A stretch of DNA of 20,034 nucleotides from Deinococcus radiodurans R1 = ATCC 13939 = DSM 20539 (GCF_000008565.1 NC_001263.1:1197567-1217600); one strand, 5' to 3'. Shown: positions 1 to 10,360, counted from the stretch's first letter. Made by a program: numbers and translations. Notes: generated from the sequence alone by a model not told the origin.

Positions 1-1
1 C

Positions 2-1399
<1,398 letters not shown>

Positions 1400-1442
1400 G
1401 CAGGGCGCGGAAGTGCGCTCACGGGCCAGCTACACTCGGCGC

Positions 1443-2063
1443 ATGGATGCGGAGCAGCACCCTGGCCCGGAACGCCTGACCGCCTACACCGACGCGGTGG
1501 TGGCCATCGTCCAGACACTGCTGATTTTGCCGCTGCTCGAAAGTGTGTCGGACGCCCGGACCCACCACCTGACGGCGGGGCAATGGCTCACGGAAAACTC
1601 CGATTCGGTCATCTGGTTCGGCATGAACTTCGCGCTTATCTGGTCCTTCTGGGCGCTTCACCACCGAATTTTCGATCATGTCCAGCATCTGACGACGCCG
1701 CTGCAAAGCATCAATGCCGTCTGGATGCTGGGCATCGTCTTTTTGCCGGTGTCTACAGCCGTCATTGGACTGGGCCAGACGGACCCGACTCAGCTCGCGC
1801 TCTACATAGGAACCCTGCTGTTTTGCAGCCTGATGATGAACCTGATGGCGTGGCAAGTCGCCCGCGATCCGGTCATCAGCGGCGCGCGGCCCCGCTTGCA
1901 GGCGCCCCAGCTGGCAACCTCGTTCGCAGCCGCCTTGATGTATGCCCTGGCGCTGGTCCTCGCGCTGAGCATTCCAGGGCTGGGCTATCTGGCACTCTTC
2001 AGCATGTTCCTGCTGCCGTTGGTCGCGCGGGCACTGACTTCTGTGCTGAATCGTCTGGTCTGA
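1443..2063 (+). CDS. Integral membrane protein, TMEM175/DUF1211-like (putative K+ channel family)
   Basis: ERLTAYTDAVVAIVQTLLILPL resembles the RxxxFSD-helix-1 signature of DUF1211/TMEM175. About 6 hydrophobic segments follow. I prefer the ATG at 1443 over the GTG at 1413 because TACACT (1431-1436) lies 6 nt upstream of it (leaderless pattern). Confidence 0.75.
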   Translation: MDAEQHPGPERLTAYTDAVVAIVQTLLILPLLESVSDARTHHLTAGQWLTENSDSVIWFGMNFALIWSFWALHHRIFDHVQHLTTPLQSINAVWMLGIVFLPVSTAVIGLGQTDPTQLALYIGTLLFCSLMMNLMAWQVARDPVISGARPRLQAPQLATSFAAALMYALALVLALSIPGLGYLALFSMFLLPLVARALTSVLNRLV

Positions 2064-2096
2064 CCCTGTAGGTGTCGGGACTCAAAAGGCCATACC

Positions 2097-2120
2097 AAAA
2101 AATCCGCCCTTCTCGGACGG
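2097..2120 (-). terminator. Intrinsic-terminator-like hairpin on the minus strand (CCGTCC-GAGAA-GGGCGG followed by ATTTTTTGG)
   Basis: 6-bp stem (one G-U pair) at 2115-2120 / 2104-2109, 5-nt loop, then a run of six U in minus-strand sense (2097-2102). No annotated minus-strand gene lies upstream of it. Confidence 0.5.
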
Positions 2121-2130
2121 TGATAGAAAT

Positions 2131-2159
2131 AGAATAAGGCGGTATTCGGGTTTTGTCAA
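2131..2159 (-). promoter_or_regulatory. Near-consensus sigma-70-type promoter on the minus strand: TTGACA - 17 nt - TATTCT
   Basis: The reverse complement of 2154-2159 is TTGACA and of 2131-2136 is TATTCT, with a spacer of exactly 17 nt. It points away from the cca gene toward the hairpin at 2097-2120. No ORF lies downstream. Confidence 0.45.
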
Positions 2160-2288
2160 ATCTATGCGGCTGACTCTGGCAATGCCGTGCTGCACGCTTC
2201 TGCCGCCGGGGGCAGGGCCAGACGGTATGCAGCTCAAGCAGGCCATCCGGCGCATTTGCCTTGCCGGTCCCTGCTCTAGCATGACCTC

Positions 2289-3593
2289 ATGTTTCGTCGC
2301 CGTCCGCCCCTGCCGCCGTTTCCTCCAGGCGCTGCCCTGGTCGGCGGCGCGGTGCGGGACTGGCTGCGCGGCGTGCGGTCTGCCGACTATGACTGGGCGC
2401 ACCCCGACCCGGCGGCGGGCGCCCGCGCGCTGGCGGCGCTGGTGGGCGGCGCGGCCTTCCCACTCGACGAGGAGCGCGGCTACTGGCGGGTGACGGCGGG
2501 CGAGGTGCAGCACGACTTCGTGCCGCTGCCGCCCAACTTGGAAGACGACTTGCGCCGACGCGATTTCACCGTCAATGCCATTGCGCTGCGGGAGGGGAGG
2601 CGCTTGGTGGACCCGTTGGGCGGGCAGCAAGACCTGAAACGCCGCGTGCTGCGAATGGTCTCGGAAGACAACCTGCGCGCCGATCCCCTGCGGGCATGGC
2701 GGGCGGCCCGTTTCGTAACCACCCTCAGCTTCACGCTGGAGCCGCAGACCGAGCAGGCGGTGAGGCAGGTGGCGGCGGACCTGAAGGCGGGCCGCCTGCC
2801 TTTCCCCGCCTGGGAGCGGGTGCGCGACGAGCTGCACGCCCTGCTGCGTTCGCCCGACGCGGCGCGGGGCATCCTGACGCTGGAGGCGCTGGGGCTGCTC
2901 GACCTCACCCTGCCCGAATTGCGCGAGGGTCAGGGGCTCACCCAGGGTGGATTTCACCATCTGGACGTGTTCGAGCACGGCGTGGAGGCGCTGCACCAAC
3001 TGTTGACGCGCCGCCCCGACGCCGACCTGCTGCTGCGCTGGGCGACCCTGCTGCACGACGTGGGCAAGCCGCGCACCTTCGCCCGTGACCCGGACACGGG
3101 CCGCCGTAGTTTTCACGGCCATGACCGGGTAGGGGCCGAGCTGACGACGCAGATTCTGACGCGCCTCAAACTCCCCGGTGCCGACGTGAAGCGGGCCGCT
3201 GCCCTCGTCAAAGCCCATATGGTCCAACTGCCTGCCGACGACGCGCAGGCCCGGCGCTTCGTGCACCGCCGCCGCGAGCTGTTGCCCGACCTGCTCAGCC
3301 TGATGCTGGCCGACCGCGAGGCGGCGCGGGGGCCGAGTTCGAGCGAGCTGGGGCGCTTCGCCTACATGCTGGCGATGGAGCGCGTGCTGGCCGCCCTCGA
3401 GGAGCAGCCTGCCGCCCCGCCGCCGCTGCTGAGTGGGAAAGAGGTGATGGCGCTGCTGGGCCTGACCCCCGGTCCCCGCGTGGGTGAAGTGCTGCGGGCG
3501 TTGGCCGAAGCGCGGGCGCTGGGCGAGGTGGGGACGCCGCAGGAAGCGCGGGCTTTCGTGCAGCGGTGGGCGGAGGAAACGCCGGGAAGTTAA
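2289..3593 (+). CDS. cca: Class-II tRNA nucleotidyltransferase (CCA-, CC- or A-adding enzyme / poly(A) polymerase family) with C-terminal HD domain
   Basis: Motifs [15 protein letters not shown] (metal-binding DxD), [10 protein letters not shown] and [19 protein letters not shown] motif HHLDVFEHG...[14 protein letters not shown] (2277-2282) lies 6 nt upstream of the ATG. Confidence 0.9.
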   Translation: MFRRRPPLPPFPPGAALVGGAVRDWLRGVRSADYDWAHPDPAAGARALAALVGGAAFPLDEERGYWRVTAGEVQHDFVPLPPNLEDDLRRRDFTVNAIALREGRRLVDPLGGQQDLKRRVLRMVSEDNLRADPLRAWRAARFVTTLSFTLEPQTEQAVRQVAADLKAGRLPFPAWERVRDELHALLRSPDAARGILTLEALGLLDLTLPELREGQGLTQGGFHHLDVFEHGVEALHQLLTRRPDADLLLRWATLLHDVGKPRTFARDPDTGRRSFHGHDRVGAELTTQILTRLKLPGADVKRAAALVKAHMVQLPADDAQARRFVHRRRELLPDLLSLMLADREAARGPSSSELGRFAYMLAMERVLAALEEQPAAPPPLLSGKEVMALLGLTPGPRVGEVLRALAEARALGEVGTPQEARAFVQRWAEETPGS

Positions 3594-3650
3594 GAAAGCG
3601 CGGCGCCTCGGCGGTGCCGGGGAGGGGGCGGGAATTTTAGACTGAGCAGC

Positions 3651-4757
3651 GTGATTCCGGCTGAGATTGCCAAGACTGCGTTCAAGTCCCTGCTGCCGGT
3701 GCTGGAGCGGGGGGTCGTGGCCGCCGACCGGGCGTTCAGCGGCTATATCCAGCCCCGGCGACTGCGCGGCAAACTGCTGTTGCAGCCTTATGTGGGCTGG
3801 GGCACGCCCCGCGAGGTCGAGCTGACGGGCCGAGTGCTGCTGCCGCGCGCCCTGGCTCCTGCCCGCAAGGGCGACCCGCGCTGGCGCAACTTTCACAACA
3901 TTGTGCGCCGCCTGTTCTCGCGTGAGGTGGGAGGTGTGCGCGTGGCGGGTACCCTGAGCGACCAGACCGTGAGCGCGGTGAGCGACAGCGACGGCTATTT
4001 CACCCTGCACTTCACCTTTCCCAGGCCCATCGCCGCTGGCTGGCACGAGGTCCGCTTGCAGATGGAAGACCGCCAGGAAGACGCCGCCCGCGCCCGCGTG
4101 CAGGTGGTGGGCAAGGCCCGTTTCGGCATCATCAGCGACCTCGACGACACCGTGATTCAGTCGGACGTGACCAGCCTGCCGCGCATGTTGATGACCAGCC
4201 TGACCGGCAACGCCCGCACCCGTTCTCCCTTTCCCGGCGTGGGAGCGCTCTACCGGGCCCTGACCCGCGAGGGCGAGGCCCGCAACCCGATTTTCTATGT
4301 GTCAAGCAGTCCCTGGAACTTTTTCGATCTGCTGTGGCAGTTTCTGGACTACCGCCGGATTCCGCTCGGTCCGCTGTTTTTACGCAACTGGGGCATGGAC
4401 CTGCTCGGCGGGCACGGCGGCTACAAGCATGGCGTGATCGAGCGGATCTTCCACCGCTACCCCAACCTCAACTTCGTGCTGGTGGGCGACAGTGGCGAAA
4501 AGGACCCGGAAATCTACGCCGAGGTGGTGCGCCGCTTTCCGGGCCGGGTGCTGGCCGTTTACATTCGCGATGTGACCGGGGCGGAGCGTGACGAGGGGGT
4601 GCTCAGACTGCGCGAGGAAATCCGCAAGGCCGGCGCCGATCTGGTCCTCGCCTCCGACAGCCTGAGCGCCGCCGGACATGCCCTCGCGCTGGGCCTGATT
4701 ACGCCCGGCGAGTACCGCAGCGTCCTGACGAGTGTGGCGCGAACCTATGAAACCTGA
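3651..4757 (+). CDS. App1-family (DUF2183) HAD-like phosphatase, putative phosphatidate phosphatase
   Basis: DxDxT motif in [11 protein letters not shown] and the downstream [12 protein letters not shown] motif typical of the App1 catalytic domain. The start is GTG, with TAGACT (3638-3643) 7 nt upstream. Confidence 0.8.
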   Translation: MIPAEIAKTAFKSLLPVLERGVVAADRAFSGYIQPRRLRGKLLLQPYVGWGTPREVELTGRVLLPRALAPARKGDPRWRNFHNIVRRLFSREVGGVRVAGTLSDQTVSAVSDSDGYFTLHFTFPRPIAAGWHEVRLQMEDRQEDAARARVQVVGKARFGIISDLDDTVIQSDVTSLPRMLMTSLTGNARTRSPFPGVGALYRALTREGEARNPIFYVSSSPWNFFDLLWQFLDYRRIPLGPLFLRNWGMDLLGGHGGYKHGVIERIFHRYPNLNFVLVGDSGEKDPEIYAEVVRRFPGRVLAVYIRDVTGAERDEGVLRLREEIRKAGADLVLASDSLSAAGHALALGLITPGEYRSVLTSVARTYET

Positions 4758-4829
4758 CCGCTGAGAGCAGCTCCCTGACATAGAAACAGGTTGAGGTCAG
4801 GCGTTCCATTCTGTGAAATAATTCTCAGT

Positions 4830-5525
4830 ATGCGACCCCGCTCTCTGCTGCTTCTGGGACTGCTGGCCCCGCTGACGGCGTGCGGAGGGCTAGAGCGCGG
4901 CCCGAACGGCAGCGACTTCCCCAGCCAGCCGACTGCCACCGTGGTCCAGGGCGCCGTGCTGTTTCCTCCTCGTGCCGGGACAGCCACCCTCACCAGCGAC
5001 ACCGGCAAACAACAGTTGCCAGTGATGACGATGGACGTGCAGGCTGACGGCAGCTACTCACTCACGCTGCCGGAGTCGCCGCCTACCGGGGCGTCTTCGG
5101 GTGTTCCCGCCACGCTGTGGCACTCGGGTATGCCGCTGTTTTGCCAGGGGCGCCCCGTGCTGAGTGACCCGGCGGCCCAGCTCCTCGTCGTGGACGGTGG
5201 GTTCTACAGCGCCGGCCAGCAGCGCATCGGTGAGTTGTCGCCGCAGCCGACGGCACTGGGAAACGACTCGGGCCTGGTGATAACCCTCAAACTGCTGGCC
5301 TACGCGGACCGGCCCGCCATCGTGCAGGGCACCCTGAACTGCACGGTGGGAAGTAAGGCGAGCGACAAGACGGCTCAGGTCACGCTCGATTACCGCTTTA
5401 AGCGCGGCTGGAACACTGTCGTCGTGCGCAGCGAATTACCTGTGCAGTCCAGTGAACTGAACATCCAGGGATACGTGACCCCGCTTCAGGGCACGACCTG
5501 GAAGTTTTTGCCGACCTCGCCCTGA
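4830..5525 (+). CDS. Hypothetical lipoprotein
   Basis: MRPRSLLLLGLLAPLTAC: signal peptide with an L-T-A-C lipobox. I chose the internal ATG at 4830 rather than the TTG at 4791. AATAAT (4817-4822) lies 7 nt upstream. Confidence 0.7.
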   Translation: MRPRSLLLLGLLAPLTACGGLERGPNGSDFPSQPTATVVQGAVLFPPRAGTATLTSDTGKQQLPVMTMDVQADGSYSLTLPESPPTGASSGVPATLWHSGMPLFCQGRPVLSDPAAQLLVVDGGFYSAGQQRIGELSPQPTALGNDSGLVITLKLLAYADRPAIVQGTLNCTVGSKASDKTAQVTLDYRFKRGWNTVVVRSELPVQSSELNIQGYVTPLQGTTWKFLPTSP

Positions 5526-5548
5526 CCCGGCGCGCTACCCTCAGACCC

Positions 5549-6049
5549 ATGACGCTGTTTCGTTATCGCCAGTTCTCTCAACCCGATTTTGAAGTGATGC
5601 AGGCCCTCGACCTCGCCGAGCAGCGCCGCACCGCGCCGGAGTACGACGTCCTGCCCGAACGTGAACAGGAAGCCCGCCTGAGCAGCAGCCTCGCCGCCCT
5701 GCGCCACTACGAACGCAGCGGGCACTCCTTTGTCGCTGAAGGTCAGGACGACCATGTGCGCGGCTACGTGCTGGCCCAGAGCGTGTGGCAGGGGGACCGC
5801 CCCGCCGTGTTCGTGCGGGCGCTGGTGCTCGACGACGCGCAGGACGAGGACATGCGCCGGGGCCTGCTGCGCGCCGTGGTCAAGAGCGCCTATGACGCCG
5901 CCGTCTACGAGGTGCACCTGCCGGTCACGCCCGAGCTCCACGCTGCCGCTCGGGCCGAGGAAGCCCACCTCACCGGCCAGTACGCCGTGATTCACCTCGG
6001 CACCCGCGCCGAAAGCGCCCCCGGCAAAAAGCTGCGGCGCGAGGGCTGA
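5549..6049 (+). CDS. Small hypothetical protein, possibly acetyltransferase(GNAT)-fold; reminiscent of the Deinococcus-Thermus DUF1999 family
   Basis: 166-aa ORF with coding-like composition. TACCCT (5536-5541) lies 7 nt upstream of the ATG. The family assignment is from memory of the sequence style only. Confidence 0.6.
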   Translation: MTLFRYRQFSQPDFEVMQALDLAEQRRTAPEYDVLPEREQEARLSSSLAALRHYERSGHSFVAEGQDDHVRGYVLAQSVWQGDRPAVFVRALVLDDAQDEDMRRGLLRAVVKSAYDAAVYEVHLPVTPELHAAARAEEAHLTGQYAVIHLGTRAESAPGKKLRREG

Positions 6050-6057
6050 GACGAATT

Positions 6058-6106
6058 GCAGCCAAGTCGCTCAAACTGAGCGATGAAACCCGACTTGTAA
6101 AGCTGC
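6058..6106. repeat. Nested inverted repeats in a lower-GC convergent intergenic region
   Basis: GCAGC-CAAGTCG (6058-6069) pairs with CGACTTG-TAAA-GCTGC (6091-6106). A competing inner hairpin TCGCTCA-AAC-TGAGCGA lies at 6067-6083. Confidence 0.5.
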
Positions 6107-6300
6107 AAAGCAGAGCGGAGCGAGTGGCAAAAAATACGTGCTGCGAGAAATGGACTAAAATCCAGCGTTTTTCCGGGTTCCAGGGAATTGAAGGCAGTAC
6201 GTATGAGGCCAGCGCCCGACTACACTTCCAGGTCTTTCGTCTGGGGCCCGAACTTCTCACGCAGAAAGCGGCCATTGGTCCGCAACTCCTGGCTGCCCAC

Positions 6301-7125
6301 CTACGCCGAGTGCCGCAACTGTTCATAGGCCGCGCCGAGCAGCAGGTCGAGCTGTTCGCTCAGCAGGTCACGCCCCGTCTTGCCATCTTCGACGACAGCG
6401 GTGTCTGCCAGGGTGGGCGGCAGGTTCAGATACGCCTGCACCACCTGCGGCGCATATTCCTGCCGCAAGGCACGCAGTTCGTAGATTGCCGCGCCGCCCC
6501 GCTCCCCCTGCCGTTCCAGCGCCGCAAGCGCCTCAGCGGTGACGTGGTCGAGTTCGGCGAGCTGGGCACGCGCCTGCTCGGGCACGCGGGGCTGGGTCAG
6601 GAGGGAAGTCAGGACGTCGGGGACCGGACGGGCCGCTGCCGCCCGGTCCGGCTGCTGCCGCACGGGGCCGGACCTCTGCTCTGCCATGGCTTCCATCGGC
6701 GGCGCCGTCTCCGACATGGGCAGGCCGCCGGCTTGCTCCGGCAGGGGCACCGGCTCGGGGACCGGCCCATTTCCCACCAACGTCGAGAGCGCCGCCAGAC
6801 CATTGCCCATGAACAGCCACAGTCCCGCCGCCACCATCGCCGGCACGACCACCCAGTCGGCGCCGCTGACCGCGAAAATCATCGCGCAGGCCAGCGCCCA
6901 CAGCATCGGCCACGGCGAGCGGCCCGAGCTGAGGGCGCGCGAAAACAGCAACCCCAGCAGCATCCCGGCGGCGGCGTGAACCGGCCAGCCGGTGAATAAG
7001 GTCGTGACGGTGATGCCCAGCGCCGCCAGCCCCAGCGCCCGTGGGTCCCGGCCCCTTTCCCCGAACACCGTCCGTGCGAAGAAGACCAGTGCGAACACGG
7101 CCAGCAGTTGAAAGATGGCGCCCAT
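6301..7125 (-). CDS. Hypothetical membrane protein: about 4 N-terminal TM segments, a Pro-rich linker and a helical C-terminal domain
   Basis: The ORF track runs 6301-7191. I start it at the Met of MGAIFQLLAVFALVFF (7125) because codons 7126-7191 overlap the terminator hairpin at 7173-7203. Confidence 0.65.
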   Translation of the reverse strand: MGAIFQLLAVFALVFFARTVFGERGRDPRALGLAALGITVTTLFTGWPVHAAAGMLLGLLFSRALSSGRSPWPMLWALACAMIFAVSGADWVVVPAMVAAGLWLFMGNGLAALSTLVGNGPVPEPVPLPEQAGGLPMSETAPPMEAMAEQRSGPVRQQPDRAAAARPVPDVLTSLLTQPRVPEQARAQLAELDHVTAEALAALERQGERGGAAIYELRALRQEYAPQVVQAYLNLPPTLADTAVVEDGKTGRDLLSEQLDLLLGAAYEQLRHSA

Positions 7126-7157
7126 AGCCGTAGTACGGCCCTGAGCGCCTGAAAGTT

Positions 7158-7203
7158 CCGCAAAGACAGCAAAATGGCCGGACGCGTACACGTTCCGGCC
7201 ATT
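7158..7203 (-). terminator. Intrinsic terminator (minus strand), inferred to be the original typA terminator now displaced by the IS
   Basis: 10-bp stem AATGGCCGGA / TCCGGCCATT (7173-7182 / 7194-7203) with an 11-nt loop. It is followed in minus sense by TTGCTGTCTTTGCGG. Confidence 0.7.
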
Positions 7204-7210
7204 CGGGTAT

Positions 7211-7219
7211 GAGTGGGCT
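7211..7219. repeat. Target-site duplication, left copy (GAGTGGGCT)
   Basis: Identical 9-mer at 8427-8435, immediately outside both IS ends. Confidence 0.85.
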
Positions 7220-7239
7220 CTCAGTAGGTGACAACTTCA
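7220..7239. repeat. IS terminal inverted repeat, left (CTCAGTAGGTGACAACTTCA)
   Basis: The reverse complement of 8407-8426 is identical. The transposase stop codon (7221-7223) lies inside this repeat. Confidence 0.9.
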
Positions 7240-8204
7240 CTTTCAGCCGCTCCTGGCGGGCAAAAAGGCTGTATTAACACCTCTAGGACCGCCATGAACT
7301 GTTGGGGTTTCCACCGTAGGGCATCCACGAGATGCTGAGCACCGTGCCGCACCAGACTGACCGCTCTCCGACCATGCTTCAGAACGGGGATGGGCCAGGT
7401 CTGGCTCAGCCAGACCCCCAGGCGCAAACAGAACATCCAAGCCAATGTCACCAGTCCGAAGAGTCGCTGTAGACGGCTCCTTTCCGTCATTCCGGTTCGC
7501 TCTAAGTCAAAGCCTCGCTTTTTGAAACTGCTGAAGGTGCACTCAATCGACCAGCGCTGTTTGTAGAGCCTCCAGGTCTTCCGAGCACTGAAATCTGTGG
7601 CGATGATGACGAGGTCACCCACAGGTGACCTCGTTGCGACCACCCGCATCAACTCCCCGAACACGAACACCTTTTCGCCAATCTCGTGAAAATGACCGTG
7701 CTGGACGTGCTCAAACCACTCTTTCCCCTTCATGTCGTCTAGCATGTCGGTCTGTCGGATACGAATTGCCCTCTTGATGCCCTGACGACGAAGAAAGCGG
7801 AACCATTCCGCGCCGATGAACTCCCGATCGGCCACCAGGCCCAGCCAGCGTTTCGCTGGCAAGGCCCGAAGGAGCTTCAACACCAGCCACATTCGAGCGT
7901 AGGTGTGACTGTTCCCAGACTGGTCGAGAGGCACCCAGATGAGCGGCAGGGTGAAGCCGTGAACCACGGCTCCAAGCACCAGAAAGTTGATGGGCGTTTC
8001 CCCGTGCTCCCAATTGGTGCGGTCCAGACTTAGCAAAACCTTCCCCGGTGGAAGATGGACGACAAGCAGAGCGATGAAAAAGCCCATGTCCAGCTGCTCA
8101 TCCCGGAAGGTGCGGTCTGCTCGTCTCTTCTTGCCCTGCGGGGTACTCATCCCCGGCATATGGGCACTCAGGTCGTGATGATTGACGCTCCTCGCGGCAA
8201 TCAT
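7221..8204 (-). CDS. IS4-family DDE transposase. The frame continues upstream to an ATG at 8354 but is interrupted by an in-frame TGA at 8319-8321.
   Basis: DDE candidates are LSLDRTNW, LVADREF and YKQRWSIECTFSSFKKRG (the YREK motif of IS4). The 38 codons upstream of Met-8204 are open, look protein-like (…ATALTGHFKTHASHLRIDTLQRLIDVLLA) and contain no ATG/GTG/TTG. Confidence 0.85.
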   Translation of the reverse strand: MIAARSVNHHDLSAHMPGMSTPQGKKRRADRTFRDEQLDMGFFIALLVVHLPPGKVLLSLDRTNWEHGETPINFLVLGAVVHGFTLPLIWVPLDQSGNSHTYARMWLVLKLLRALPAKRWLGLVADREFIGAEWFRFLRRQGIKRAIRIRQTDMLDDMKGKEWFEHVQHGHFHEIGEKVFVFGELMRVVATRSPVGDLVIIATDFSARKTWRLYKQRWSIECTFSSFKKRGFDLERTGMTERSRLQRLFGLVTLAWMFCLRLGVWLSQTWPIPVLKHGRRAVSLVRHGAQHLVDALRWKPQQFMAVLEVLIQPFCPPGAAESEVVTY

Positions 8205-8340
8205 CGCCAGGAGGACGTCAATGAGGCGCTGGAGTGTATCGATGCGGAGGTGACTGGCATGCGTTTTGAAGTGCCCGGTGAGTGCGGTAGCCTGCTGGGC
8301 AGCTCCCCTCTGTTGATTTCACACTCTCAGGAAACCGCGA

Positions 8341-8376
8341 ACAGTCGGCCCCATCAAGCTTGATGGGGCCGACTGT
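8341..8376. repeat. 36-nt perfect palindrome just inside the right IS end. On the plus strand it is followed by TGGTTTTTG, so it is terminator-like in plus sense.
   Basis: ACAGTCGGCCCCATCAAGCTTGATGGGGCCGACTGT is its own reverse complement (16-bp stem, AGCT loop). It contains the in-frame minus-strand ATG at 8352-8354. Confidence 0.85.
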
Positions 8377-8406
8377 TGGTTTTTGCCGTCTGGGACGAGG
8401 GCAAAC

Positions 8407-8426
8407 TGAAGTTGTCACCTACTGAG
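8407..8426. repeat. IS terminal inverted repeat, right
   Basis: TGAAGTTGTCACCTACTGAG is the reverse complement of 7220-7239. Confidence 0.9.
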
Positions 8427-8434
8427 GAGTGGGC

Positions 8435-8435
<1 letters not shown>
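8427..8435. repeat. Target-site duplication, right copy (GAGTGGGCT)
   Basis: Identical to 7211-7219. Base 8435 is also the last base of the typA TAA stop codon. Confidence 0.85.
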
Positions 8436-10216
<1,781 letters not shown>

Positions 10217-10235
10217 AGTTGCTCCCTCGGTACGG

Positions 10236-10277
10236 AGCTTTTAGCTTTCGGCCCTTAGCCTTCAGCCATCAGCCCTT
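10236..10277 (-). repeat. Six tandem degenerate heptads in the typA 5' leader. In RNA sense: AAGGGCU GAUGGCU GAAGGCU AAGGGCC GAAAGCU AAAAGCU.
   Basis: Plus-strand reading: AGCTTTT AGCTTTC GGCCCTT AGCCTTC AGCCATC AGCCCTT. A seventh copy (AGCCTGA, 10281-10287) follows a 3-nt spacer. Confidence 0.7.
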
Positions 10278-10295
10278 ATGAGCCTGAATTGGCAC

Positions 10296-10337
10296 AAAAA
10301 AACCCGCCGCGATTCCAGAGTTCGGAAGATGGGCGGG
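10296..10337 (-). terminator. Terminator-like hairpin plus U7 tract within the typA upstream/leader region
   Basis: Minus sense: CCCGCC-(interrupted stem with TTCC/GGAA)-GGCGGG followed by TTTTTTTG. The A7 run on the plus strand is at 10296-10302. Confidence 0.55.
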
Positions 10338-10351
10338 ATACCCAAACAGAG

Positions 10352-10360
10352 ATTCTAGCA
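10352..10360 (-). promoter_or_regulatory. Candidate extended -10 promoter element TGCTAGAAT (minus strand) upstream of typA
   Basis: The reverse complement of ATTCTAGCA matches TGnTAnnnT. There is no good -35. The predicted start is only ~8 nt upstream of the hairpin at 10337. Confidence 0.4.

Larger units (their letters stand above)
7220..8426 (-). mobile_element. Complete IS4-family insertion sequence (1207 bp)
   Basis: Perfect 20-bp terminal inverted repeats, a 9-bp direct target duplication and a DDE transposase with the Y-x2-R-x3-E-x6-K signature. G+C is lower than in the flanks: two 60-nt lines counted inside gave 48% and 55%, versus 67% for a line in typA. Confidence 0.9.

Noticed and set aside
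2082-4046. 654-aa ORF on the minus strand
   Set aside because: It is entirely antisense to two well-supported genes (cca and the App1-like gene) and runs through their intergenic spacer. Its Arg/Gly/Ala/Pro/Gln-rich composition is typical of antisense frames in GC-rich DNA. I saw no recognisable motifs.
4774-4801. Hairpin CCTGAC-N16-GTCAGG after the App1-like gene as a terminator
   Set aside because: It has only a 6-bp stem with a 16-nt loop and a weak T-tract. It also overlaps the promoter region of the next gene, so the support is too weak to call.
5970-6326. 118-aa minus-strand ORF spanning the convergent spacer
   Set aside because: It overlaps the 3' ends of both flanking genes out of frame and is Cys/Arg/Ser-rich. 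The only coding-like signal in this spacer is the different frame reported as a finding (6223-6300).
7126-7191. N-terminal extension of the membrane-protein ORF (start at 7191)
   Set aside because: These codons overlap the stem-loop and U-tract of the terminator at 7158-7203. The hydrophobic protein body starts at the Met at 7125.
10255-10269. Mini-uORF AUG-GCU-GAA-GGC-UAA in the typA leader
   Set aside because: It has only 4 codons, no convincing SD at proper spacing, and arises from the heptad repeat itself. I treat it as a by-product of the repeat rather than a leader peptide.
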